From NCBI GenBank assembly GCA_945903925.1, contig CAMDPJ010000001.1, positions 1-32,842 of the forward strand: a stretch of 32,842 bases of DNA. The letters run 5' to 3'. Made by a program: the position numbers and the translations under genes. Each line of letters starts with the position of its first letter. Within the stretch, counting starts at the first letter, position 1. The notes beneath the pieces were generated by a model, which was given only the letters and a program-made list of their open reading frames with translations, was not told where the DNA came from and did not search any database. This document shows, in pieces, positions 17,341 to 25,189 of the stretch. This DNA is from Chryseobacterium gleum. GTDB taxonomy: Bacteria; Bacteroidota; Bacteroidia; Flavobacteriales_C; GCA-002722245.

Positions 17341-18819
17341 ATGAAGCAAAACAGACATATGAAATTTCGTTATACACACTTAGCAATTGTTTTGCTTTTC
17401 GCTCTAAGTGTATCAGCGCAAACAAGCGATTTCGTTGAATGGCAAAAAAATTATCCCGACCTGATATGGAACTTTGAAAAGAATTTAGATGACCCTTTGA
17501 GTGGCACGCTGCAAAAAATTCCCGATCAGTATTTTAGTCACGACACCCTACCTTCTTGGTTTTTCAATTGGAACTCGGTGGCAGAAAACAACATTTACAG
17601 TATTGGTGTTTCCGACCCCTTTTTAGATTTGGAAAAGGCCTACAAACAAGCTTACAATAGGGCCGTTTTATTATTGTCTTTTCAAATGTTTACCGCCATT
17701 AACGGCATGAATGAATTTTACTCGCGCACCAACGATGTTAACTTTCAAAAAAACGACGCCTTCACTCAATACTATCAACTCTTTTCGAAATCGAACATCA
17801 ACGACAGCATCATTCAAATAAGCGAAAAAAGTATTTTAAAAACAGGCGAATGTTTAATCAAGCTTAAATATCCTTTATATGCGTCTTTCCTGAAAAACTT
17901 CAACACCTATATTAGTTTGGCGTGGTACAGTCAGGAAAAATCTCTCGACCTTGGTTTTGAAACCACAGAAAAACTAATTCTAACAGGCAACACCATTAGT
18001 AAAAATGGATTATCGGAAGGCTGCTCTTACACCTATAAAAGATACAACGAGAAAGAAGAAGTTTTATCTGAATGTGCAGAAAACACAGAATATTATGTGC
18101 CCAACTTTACCTATTATAACGGCAGTAAAAACATACAAAGCACGCAAGGGTTATGGAATACCATTTTTTACAACTTCACCAAAAAGATGGTGAGTAGCAG
18201 TCAGCTATCGAACATGATAGTTAAAAACGTAAGTGATGTGCATCAAAAACTCGACAATAATCTTTCTCGTGAAATCATTATGCAACAAAGCGATTTCTAT
18301 GTGAGTAGTATGGACAGCAATTTAAGTATTTCCTTTTACCGAGAGCCACTTAGCGATACATCCATTAACGATATCAAAGAAGGTAGTGTGGTATCATGGT
18401 ATCCAAATGGAGTTAAGCAAGCGGAGTTTTATTACACCAATGATTTGTTGGATGGCGCACAAAAAGAATGGACTTCCAACGACAAACTCATTTCAGAAAT
18501 CAATTACAGCAATGGCGTTTTACATGGATTGTATCAAAAGTGCTACGACAATTATCAACCTAAGGAGTATGTGTATTACAACTGTGGCAAACCTTTTGGC
18601 GATCATAACCTATGGTATGAAGACGGCCGAATTGAACTACAAGAAAGCTACAATGAAAAAGGAAATTTAGAAGGTAAATATTTAGAATACTATGCTAACG
18701 GTTTTTTAAAAGCAAAAGGAAAGTACAAAGACGGCATTAAAAAAGGCTCGTGGAAATACGTTGATGAAAACGGTAAATCGAAACGTGAGTTTTACCGAAA
18801 AGGGAAAAAGGTATTCTAA
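17341..18819 (+). CDS. Secreted protein with C-terminal MORN-variant (YwqK-type) repeats and an uncharacterised N-terminal domain
   Basis: 492 aa. The signal peptide fits better from the internal Met (MKFRYTHLAIVLLFALSVSAQ, start 17359). The C-terminal ~140 aa hold repeats of the type G-x-x-x-x-W-Y-x-N-G (VSWYPNGVKQAEFYYTNDLLDGAQKEW, GLYQKCYDN, NLWYEDGRIELQESYNEKGNLEGKYLEYYANGFLKAKGKYKDGIKKGSWKY). Confidence 0.7.
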   Translation: MKQNRHMKFRYTHLAIVLLFALSVSAQTSDFVEWQKNYPDLIWNFEKNLDDPLSGTLQKIPDQYFSHDTLPSWFFNWNSVAENNIYSIGVSDPFLDLEKAYKQAYNRAVLLLSFQMFTAINGMNEFYSRTNDVNFQKNDAFTQYYQLFSKSNINDSIIQISEKSILKTGECLIKLKYPLYASFLKNFNTYISLAWYSQEKSLDLGFETTEKLILTGNTISKNGLSEGCSYTYKRYNEKEEVLSECAENTEYYVPNFTYYNGSKNIQSTQGLWNTIFYNFTKKMVSSSQLSNMIVKNVSDVHQKLDNNLSREIIMQQSDFYVSSMDSNLSISFYREPLSDTSINDIKEGSVVSWYPNGVKQAEFYYTNDLLDGAQKEWTSNDKLISEINYSNGVLHGLYQKCYDNYQPKEYVYYNCGKPFGDHNLWYEDGRIELQESYNEKGNLEGKYLEYYANGFLKAKGKYKDGIKKGSWKYVDENGKSKREFYRKGKKVF

Positions 18820-18885
18820 AGTTTGCACTAGTTTTTGATTAAACAACATAATCGTTAAACAAGCCAATTTCTTTTTTTGAGAGCG

Positions 18886-19043
18886 TACTTCTGGGTGTGG
18901 GGCTCCCTCTTAGAGAAGAGGGGTGCGACTTTGCTTGTGGGAAGAAGGGAGATGGATTCACAATAACTCTATCCATCTCCCTCCCACTTCACAGGCCTTT
19001 ACGCACCCCTCTTCGCTAAGAGGGAGTTGCGCACCCGGAAGTA
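18886..19043. repeat. Composite palindromic element: ~42-nt imperfect inverted arms, each with its own sub-hairpin, flanking a central hairpin
   Basis: Left arm 18886-18927 (TACTTCTGGGTGTGGGGCTCCCTCTTAGAGAAGAGGGGTGCG) pairs with right arm 19002-19043, with about 3 mismatches and some G-T pairs. Each arm contains CCCTCTT-nnnn-AAGAGGG. The central hairpin is GGGAGATGGAT (18947-18957) with ATCCATCTCCC (18971-18981). It lies between convergent genes. Confidence 0.8.
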
Positions 19044-19103
19044 TATTCAACGGAAGATTACTTAACCAACAATTTCAAACTGTAGATGTGTTTTAGATAT
19101 TAC

Positions 19104-19721
19104 TTATAAATCTCCCTTTCCTTTATTTAAACCAATTGTAAATCTTAGTCCCACTTTAAAAGGAACAATAACATAATACAATTCGCTTTTAACTTGATAA
19201 GGGTAACCGGGCAGAAAATTATCGCGAATAGATTCTTTATCATATTGCAACCCAATTCCACTAGAAATAGTGAGCGATAACCAACGCAAAAAATACGTTT
19301 CATAACCTATTTGCAAGGATGAGTTTAGGAGCCAATTTCTACCAAAAGAAGCGGGATATCCACTCTCATATTCATTGTTAGTATAAGAATAATTTGGTCC
19401 AGCACCCCACGACCAAGCATAATGCTGCACATTAAATTCCGAATAAAAATGACTTCTCCTTTTCCCTGAAAGAAAATGATATTTGTAACCTGATTCAAAA
19501 CCTAAGGCATCAATAGGCGATGCACCAGGAAATAACATATTCAAATAATCATTAATGCCCAAATAAACCTCATGCCTATTCCACTTAAAAAAAAGATTTA
19601 GCGCAGGAACACCACCACGAGGGATTGCAACATTAGCACTTAATTCAGCACCTATTTTTAAAGAAGACTGAGCGGTGAGAAAAGATGAAAAAAATATAAA
19701 TAAGAATAATAGTATTCGCAT
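19104..19721 (-). CDS. Small putative outer-membrane beta-barrel protein (hypothetical)
   Basis: 205 aa with a signal peptide (FFSSFLTAQS). Alternating aromatic/Gly-rich beta-strand pattern with a C-terminal aromatic-rich segment (PFKVGLRFTIGL). The start codon overlaps the folD stop (TAATG). Confidence 0.55.
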   Translation of the reverse strand: MRILLFLFIFFSSFLTAQSSLKIGAELSANVAIPRGGVPALNLFFKWNRHEVYLGINDYLNMLFPGASPIDALGFESGYKYHFLSGKRRSHFYSEFNVQHYAWSWGAGPNYSYTNNEYESGYPASFGRNWLLNSSLQIGYETYFLRWLSLTISSGIGLQYDKESIRDNFLPGYPYQVKSELYYVIVPFKVGLRFTIGLNKGKGDL

Positions 19722-20602
19722 TACTTATAAATCTCCTTCTTAGCGCTCAACAAAGTATTCATCATCAAAGAAGCTACCGTCATCAAACCCACTCCACCAG
19801 GCACCGGAGTGATGTAAGAACATTTAGGGGCAACATCATCAAACTTAACGTCGCCTTTAATAGCGAAACCACTTTTCTTAGTGGCATCGGCAACGCGAGT
19901 GATACCAACGTCGATTACTACAGCTCCATCTTTTACCATATCGGCGGTAACAAATTCGGCTTTGCCTAAAGCCACAATTAAAATATCTGCAGAACGAGTG
20001 AACGATGCGATGTCTTTTGTTTTACTGTGACAAACAGTTACTGTAGCATTAGCAAACTTAGCAGATTGCGACATGAGGATGCTCATTGGTCGGCCTACGA
20101 TATTGCTTCTACCAATCACCACACAATGTTTTCCTTGCGTATCTATATTGTATTTTTCCAACATTTGCATAACACCCCAAGGCGTAGCAGAAATATAAGA
20201 AGGCTGGCCCAAAGTCATTCTCCCCACATTCACAGGATGAAATCCGTCAACATCTTTTTGCGGCAAAATTGCTTGGGTAACATTCTCTTCGTTGATATGT
20301 TTTGGCAAGGGCAATTGAACGATAAACCCGTCGATGTCGGCATCTTCATTTAAACCACGAATGATTTCCATTAATTGCTCTTCGGTGCTCGAAGCTTCCA
20401 TACGAATCAAAGTAGATTTAAAACCCACCTCTTCACACGAACGCACTTTACTAGCCACGTAAGTTTCACTAGCGCCATCGTTACCCAACAGCACTGCTGC
20501 CAAGTGAGGAATTTTGCCGCCAGATGCTTTTAGTTTATCTACTTCAATTTTGATTTCAGCTTTTACTTCTGCTGATGTTTTTTTGCCGTCTAATAATATC
20601 AT
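19721..20602 (-). CDS. folD: Bifunctional methylenetetrahydrofolate dehydrogenase (NADP+) / methenyltetrahydrofolate cyclohydrolase
   Basis: 293 aa. It reads as a full-length FolD: LLDGK...[30 protein letters not shown]...[10 protein letters not shown]...KDVDGFHP...[13 protein letters not shown]...[13 protein letters not shown]. Confidence 0.96.
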   Translation of the reverse strand: MILLDGKKTSAEVKAEIKIEVDKLKASGGKIPHLAAVLLGNDGASETYVASKVRSCEEVGFKSTLIRMEASSTEEQLMEIIRGLNEDADIDGFIVQLPLPKHINEENVTQAILPQKDVDGFHPVNVGRMTLGQPSYISATPWGVMQMLEKYNIDTQGKHCVVIGRSNIVGRPMSILMSQSAKFANATVTVCHSKTKDIASFTRSADILIVALGKAEFVTADMVKDGAVVIDVGITRVADATKKSGFAIKGDVKFDDVAPKCSYITPVPGGVGLMTVASLMMNTLLSAKKEIYK

Positions 20603-20603
20603 A

Positions 20604-20682
20604 GTTCAATGTTCAATGTTCAATGTTCAATGTTCAGAATTCAAATGAGCTAACATTGAACTTTGAACATTAAACTTTAAAC
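20604..20682. repeat. Inverted arrays of GTTCAA(T/A) heptamers forming a ~31-bp imperfect hairpin in the ffh-folD intergenic region
   Basis: The plus strand has GTTCAAT x4 (20604-20631), then GTTCAGA. A 17-nt spacer follows, then AACATTGAACTTTGAACATTAAACTTTAAAC (20652-20682), whose reverse complement matches the left array at 27 of 31 positions. The left array ends 1 nt from the folD start codon (20602). Confidence 0.85.
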
Positions 20683-20691
20683 GAGTTACTA

Positions 20692-22023
20692 CTATCCCAT
20701 CCCCGGGAAATTCTTCATCATTTTCATCATGTTTTGTTTGTTCGACATCATTTTCATCATTTTCGATGTGTCTTCAAACTGCTTGATGAGTTTGTTTACT
20801 TCTTGAATATTAGTTCCACTGCCAGCAGCAATTCTTTTTCTTCTGCTGCCACTTAAAATAGTTGGATTCAATTTCTCTTTGGGAGTCATACTTTGAATGA
20901 TCGCTTCAATAGATTTGAAAGCATCATCATCGATATCTACATTTTTTAAAGCCTTGCCAACTCCAGGAATCATACCCATCAAATCTTTCATGTTACCCAT
21001 CTTCTTGATTTGCTGAATTTGATCAAAGAAGTCGTTGAAGTTGAATTCATTTTTATGAATTTTCTTCTGCAATTTTCTAGCTTCTTCTTCATTGAAATGT
21101 TCTTGCGCACGCTCCACCAAACTCACCACGTCACCCATCCCTAAAATACGGTCGGCCATACGTTTTGGGTAAAACACATCCAGCGCATCCATCTTCTCGC
21201 CAGTACCTACAAACTTAATTGGTTTGTCAACAATTTCGCGAATAGATAAAGCAGCACCACCGCGTGTATCACCATCTAATTTTGTAAGAACTACTCCGTC
21301 GAAATCTAATCTATCGTTGAATGCTTTTGCTGTGTTCACTGCATCTTGTCCGGTCATTGAATCCACCACAAACAAAATCTCGCCCGGACTCACCGCTTTT
21401 TTCACGTTAGCGATTTCGTTCATCATCATCTCATCAACTGCCAAACGACCCGCGGTATCTATAATCACAACATTGTATCCTTTCGCTTTGGCATGCTCAA
21501 TAGCTGCTTTCGCAATAGCCACAGGGTCTTTACTTTCTCTATCTGTAAAAACAGCACATTCTACTTGTGCGCCTAAAACTTCTAACTGATCAATCGCAGC
21601 CGGACGATATACATCACCCGCAACGAGCAAAGGATTTTTTCCTTTTTTCTTTTTAAGGTAGTTGGCAAATTTTCCGGTGAAGGTAGTTTTACCCGAACCT
21701 TGCAAACCTGCAATTAATATAACGGCCGGAGAACCTTTAAGATTGATATCGGTTTCTTCGCCCCCCATTAGCGCAGTCAATTCAGTGTGGACAATTTTCA
21801 CCATCAATTGGTTGGGCGAAATAGAGGTTAACACGTTTTGCCCGAGCGCCTTCTCCTTCACTCTATCTGTAAAATCCTTTGCTACTTTAAAACTAACGTC
21901 GGCATCTAACAAAGCGCGACGCACTTCTTTCAGTGTTTCGGCAACGTTAATTTCTGTAATTTGGCCTTGTCCCTTAAGAACCTTAAACGCCCTTTCTAAC
22001 TTATCTGATAAACTATCGAACAT
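20692..22023 (-). CDS. ffh: Signal recognition particle protein Ffh (SRP54)
   Basis: 443 aa. It has the N and G domains ([34 protein letters not shown]) and a Met-rich M domain ([22 protein letters not shown]). Confidence 0.97.
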   Translation of the reverse strand: MFDSLSDKLERAFKVLKGQGQITEINVAETLKEVRRALLDADVSFKVAKDFTDRVKEKALGQNVLTSISPNQLMVKIVHTELTALMGGEETDINLKGSPAVILIAGLQGSGKTTFTGKFANYLKKKKGKNPLLVAGDVYRPAAIDQLEVLGAQVECAVFTDRESKDPVAIAKAAIEHAKAKGYNVVIIDTAGRLAVDEMMMNEIANVKKAVSPGEILFVVDSMTGQDAVNTAKAFNDRLDFDGVVLTKLDGDTRGGAALSIREIVDKPIKFVGTGEKMDALDVFYPKRMADRILGMGDVVSLVERAQEHFNEEEARKLQKKIHKNEFNFNDFFDQIQQIKKMGNMKDLMGMIPGVGKALKNVDIDDDAFKSIEAIIQSMTPKEKLNPTILSGSRRKRIAAGSGTNIQEVNKLIKQFEDTSKMMKMMSNKQNMMKMMKNFPGMG

Positions 22024-22042
22024 ATGTAAAAAATTGAAGGGT

Positions 22043-22050
22043 TAAAAATA
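22043..22050 (-). promoter_or_regulatory. Candidate -7 promoter box for ffh (TAnnTTTA)
   Basis: The minus strand reads TATTTTTA, a 7/8 match to TAnnTTTG, ending 19 nt upstream of the ffh ATG. Sequence-only evidence. Confidence 0.25.
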
Positions 22051-22226
22051 GGGAAAAAGCAGCAGAAAACAAGCCCATTAGGATGTTGACGTTTAAAACC
22101 TTAGCTTCACGCACATTTTAGCAGAAACCAGTTCTGTATAGTTAGTTCAACTTTAAGATTATCACCCTTATTTTTCTTCTACTAATCTCTCGCTTCAGCT
22201 GAAAATTTTATAACGTTTGAAAAGCA

Positions 22227-22281
22227 TTAAGTTGTTAGACAGATAAGCAACGTAGGGTTTTAGTAAGGCATAACAACTTAA
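22227..22281 (+). promoter_or_regulatory. 5' leader hairpin ending 2 nt before the helicase start codon
   Basis: TTAAGTTGTTA (22227-22237) is the perfect reverse complement of TAACAACTTAA (22271-22281), giving an 11-bp stem and 33-nt loop. The ATG is at 22284. It sits in a ~260-nt intergenic leader region. Confidence 0.4.
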
Positions 22282-22283
22282 GA

Positions 22284-23483
22284 ATGAATAACACATTTAG
22301 TTCTCGCGCACGCACTAGTCGTGCGCCACAAAACGGCAATTTTCGCCGAACACAAAACAAATCAAATCAGAAAGAAAGCACGCTCGACAACAGAAGCTTC
22401 GTTAAAAAAGCGGCTCCTGTAGAAGATGTGAAATATGTTTCTGACAGAAAAATCACAGATTTACCGGTACACGAAAGCATCATTCAAAATTTATTGAAAA
22501 AGGGCTACGAAAAACCATCGGAGATTCAAGACAAAACCATTGAAGCCTTACTAAAAGGTGGAGATTTATTGGGAATTGCTCAAACAGGAACAGGTAAAAC
22601 TGCAGCCTTTTTAGTACCTATCATTCAACATTTACTAAATCACAAGCCTGCATTTCAAGTATTGATTGTGGCGCCTACTCGTGAGTTGGCCTTGCAAATT
22701 CAAGATGAATTTAAAAGCATTAGCGCAGGTTTAAACTTGTACAGCGAGTGTTTTATTGGTGGAACGAGTGTGAATAAAGACCGGCAATTGTTGCGTCAGC
22801 CTTCGCACGTTATCATTGGTACTGTTGGTAGATTGATGGATTTAGCTAATCAAAAAGCTTTGTATTTTGAAGATTTCTCTGCTTTGGTATTAGATGAATT
22901 TGATAGATTGCTCGACATGGGTTTCTCTCACGAAATTCAAAAAATGGTGAAAGCCATGACTCACCGTCAACAAACGATGTTGTTCTCTGCAACTTATGAA
23001 AGCAGTCAGAAAGCATTGATTCAATCTATTTTAACCAATCCGCTTGAAGTACGTGTAAGTTCTGGTAACGCCAGCGCCGAACATGTAGATCAAGATATCA
23101 TTGAAGTAAAACCCAATGAAGATAAAATGGAAGTCTTGATTTCTATGCTAAAAGATGAAGCGTTTGAAAGAGTAATTGTTTTTGCTGAAACCAAAAGAGG
23201 TGTTAGTAAAGTTTGCAAAGCTTTGAACAACGCAGGTATCAGAGCCGATGAGATTCACGGTAATAAATCGCAAAACTACAGAGTGCAAGCTTTAGATAAA
23301 TTCAAAAGCAATCGTATTCAAGTGCTGGTAGCTACTGATGTTGCAGCAAGAGGAATAGATGTTTCAAATGTATCACATGTCATCAATTATCAAAAACCAA
23401 AAAACATCGATAGTTATATCCACCGTGTTGGTAGAACTGGTAGAGCAGGCAACAGTGGTAAAGCATACACATTCATAAACTAA
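22284..23483 (+). CDS. DEAD-box family ATP-dependent RNA helicase (motif II variant DEFD) with a basic N-terminal extension
   Basis: 399 aa. Q motif (PSEIQ), motif I AQTGTGKTAAF, Ia PTRELA, II LVLDEFD, III SAT, VI HRVGRTGRAG. The N-terminal ~45 aa are Arg/Asn/Ser/Lys-rich. Confidence 0.9.
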   Translation: MNNTFSSRARTSRAPQNGNFRRTQNKSNQKESTLDNRSFVKKAAPVEDVKYVSDRKITDLPVHESIIQNLLKKGYEKPSEIQDKTIEALLKGGDLLGIAQTGTGKTAAFLVPIIQHLLNHKPAFQVLIVAPTRELALQIQDEFKSISAGLNLYSECFIGGTSVNKDRQLLRQPSHVIIGTVGRLMDLANQKALYFEDFSALVLDEFDRLLDMGFSHEIQKMVKAMTHRQQTMLFSATYESSQKALIQSILTNPLEVRVSSGNASAEHVDQDIIEVKPNEDKMEVLISMLKDEAFERVIVFAETKRGVSKVCKALNNAGIRADEIHGNKSQNYRVQALDKFKSNRIQVLVATDVAARGIDVSNVSHVINYQKPKNIDSYIHRVGRTGRAGNSGKAYTFIN

Positions 23484-23493
23484 AAACAAAACA

Positions 23494-23700
23494 ATGGCAA
23501 AATCGAACAATAGTTTCATTAAAAAACAAAAAGCCGATTTGCGCAGCAAGGCTCGCAAAGAAAAAATGCAGAACATCAAAGACAAACGAAATGAACCTAA
23601 AAAACAAAGTTCGTTTGAAGACATGATTATGTATGTAGATGCAAACGGAAATTTCACCAAAGAAAAACCTTTGCCTCCTAGCGAAGAGGAAAAGAAATAA
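23494..23700 (+). CDS. Small Lys-rich basic protein resembling the N-terminal extension of long-form Bacteroidota cold-shock-domain proteins (no CSD present)
   Basis: 68-aa ORF 10 nt after the helicase stop. MAKSNNSFIKKQKADLRSKARKEKMQNIKDKRNEPKK...FEDMIMYVDANGNFTKEKPLPP parallels, from memory, the ...KKEKKRK...LDDMIAYVDENG...PPDP N-terminal region of ~150-aa CSD proteins. A strong terminator follows it. Confidence 0.5.
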   Translation: MAKSNNSFIKKQKADLRSKARKEKMQNIKDKRNEPKKQSSFEDMIMYVDANGNFTKEKPLPPSEEEKK

Positions 23701-23709
23701 CAGAAAATA

Positions 23710-23746
23710 AAAAAGCCTTCTTAGCAATAAACTAAGAAGGCTTTTT
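23710..23746. terminator. Bidirectional intrinsic terminator between convergent genes
   Basis: AAAAAGCCTTCTTAG (23710-23724) pairs with CTAAGAAGGCTTTTT (23732-23746) around a 7-nt loop CAATAAA. The A-run on one side and T-run on the other give a U-tract in both orientations. Confidence 0.8.
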
Positions 23747-23760
23747 AAGTTTATATTGTT

Positions 23761-25071
23761 TTAATTACTTATGGCCATGCGCACACTCTTCGCTTTTATT
23801 TTCTCGTGTCGAATTAAACGCAACATCTCTTCTATTTTATCCCTTTTAACCGCCACGTAAGATGAATGGTCGAGTACTTCTATCAAACCTAAATCGGCTT
23901 TCACCAATTTTCCTTTCTGACACAACATACCCACAATATCCATTTTGTTGATTTTATCTTTCTTACCTGCTGCAATATACAAGGTTTGCCATTCGGTTAA
24001 CTTAGGCACAGTGGTAGCTTTAGGTAAATTTAATTCATCGGGAATTTCATTGATAAAATCGGGTATATCTTCTTCTGCACCCAACAATAAATAAGAGGTT
24101 CCTTTTGCGTTCATTCGGGCTGTTCTTCCATTGCGATGAATGAAAGCATCTTCTTTCAATGGCAAATGATAGTGAATTACAGTTTCAATTTCGGGAATAT
24201 CTAATCCGCGAGATGCCAAATCGGTAGTAACCAATATTTGGTGACTTCCATTTCTAAATTTTATCAAGGCGCGCTCTCTGTCTTCTTGTTCCATGCCACC
24301 ATGAAAGATATCGTGCATGATGGCATTGTCATACAACAAATCGCTCACACGTTCTACCGATTCGCGGTGGTTGCAAAAAATCAAGGTTGATTTATTGCCT
24401 TGCCAGCACAACAAATCAAGCAATGCATCTAACTTATCTTTGTGGGCAGAGCGAACCAATTTCAATTTTAATCCTGCAGATTTTGTTGGCGTGTCACTCA
24501 AATAATTCACAAGGGTTGGATTGTTGAACCCTGTAAAATCGGGTATATCATCTAACTTCGTTGCCGAGGTAAGTATTCGTTTTTTTAGATACTCTAAATG
24601 TGCAATAATTTCCGACATGTCATCTTGAAAACCGAACTCCAAAGATTTATCAAATTCATCTAAAACCAAAGTATGAATAGAATGTGTTTCGAAATTACGG
24701 TTGCGAATATGATGCGCAATTCTTCCAGGTGTGCCCACCAAAACGGCAGGAGGAAATTCTAAATTATTTCTTTCAATTTTTGTGGAGTGTCCGCCATAAC
24801 AGCAATTCACCTTAAAGCCTGTGCCCATGGCTTTGAAAACTTGTTCTATTTGAATAGCCAACTCGCGAGAAGGCACCAAAATCAACACCTGCACTCCTTC
24901 TTTATGTTGATTGACACGCTGAAACACGGGCAATAAAAAGCCTAAAGTTTTACCCGAACCCGTTGGCGACAACAACATCAAATCGCCCTCTTTTTTAGCA
25001 GCTTCAATAGTTTCCAGCTGCATTTTATTTAAAGAAGCAATCTTTAAATTTTGTAGAATTTGTTCCAACAT
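23761..25071 (-). CDS. dbpA: DEAD-box RNA helicase with a C-terminal DbpA-type RNA-binding domain (motif II variant DEFD)
   Basis: 436 aa. Motif I SPTGSGKTLGF, Ia PSRELA, II LVLDEFD, III SAT, VI HRNGRTARMN. The C-terminal ~75 aa (LYIAAGKKDKINKMDIVGMLCQKG...IEVLDHSSYVAVKRDK) look like the DbpA RNA-binding domain. Confidence 0.85.
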   Translation of the reverse strand: MLEQILQNLKIASLNKMQLETIEAAKKEGDLMLLSPTGSGKTLGFLLPVFQRVNQHKEGVQVLILVPSRELAIQIEQVFKAMGTGFKVNCCYGGHSTKIERNNLEFPPAVLVGTPGRIAHHIRNRNFETHSIHTLVLDEFDKSLEFGFQDDMSEIIAHLEYLKKRILTSATKLDDIPDFTGFNNPTLVNYLSDTPTKSAGLKLKLVRSAHKDKLDALLDLLCWQGNKSTLIFCNHRESVERVSDLLYDNAIMHDIFHGGMEQEDRERALIKFRNGSHQILVTTDLASRGLDIPEIETVIHYHLPLKEDAFIHRNGRTARMNAKGTSYLLLGAEEDIPDFINEIPDELNLPKATTVPKLTEWQTLYIAAGKKDKINKMDIVGMLCQKGKLVKADLGLIEVLDHSSYVAVKRDKIEEMLRLIRHEKIKAKSVRMAISN

Positions 25072-25085
25072 AATGTTATTTTTTT

Positions 25086-25186
25086 GGCCTCACCCCAACC
25101 CTCTCCAAAGGAGAGGGAGTAGGTAATAATTAGTACTTAATACTTCTCCCATCTCCCTCTCCTTTGGAGAGGGTTGGGGTGAGGCC
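25086..25186. repeat. Perfect 34-nt inverted repeat with nested palindromes (hairpin element, probable terminator of pcm)
   Basis: GGCCTCACCCCAACCCTCTCCAAAGGAGAGGGAG (25086-25119) is the exact reverse complement of 25153-25186, with a 33-nt spacer. Each arm contains the sub-palindrome CCCTCTCC-AAA-GGAGAGGG. It lies between the pcm stop (25190) and the dbpA-like start (25071). Confidence 0.9.
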
Positions 25187-25189
25187 TCT

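Noticed and set aside
17341-18819. Possible toxin-antitoxin system, because MORN-variant repeat proteins are often labelled YwqK antitoxin
   Set aside because: The protein has a secretion signal and is 492 aa. It has no adjacent small toxin partner and stands alone between a terminator and a repeat element.
20027-22045. Plus-strand ORFs of 108, 121 and 127 aa overlapping folD and ffh
   Set aside because: They are antisense to two unambiguous housekeeping genes. Their Ser/Thr/Ala/Ile-rich translations carry no motifs, so they are shadow ORFs.
23373-23727. Minus-strand ORFs of 95 and 84 aa overlapping the helicase 3' end and the small basic ORF
   Set aside because: Their Phe/Leu-rich sequence is what the complement of Lys/Glu-rich coding DNA produces. 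The plus-strand ORF has the recognisable MIxYVDxNG motif and proper operon spacing.
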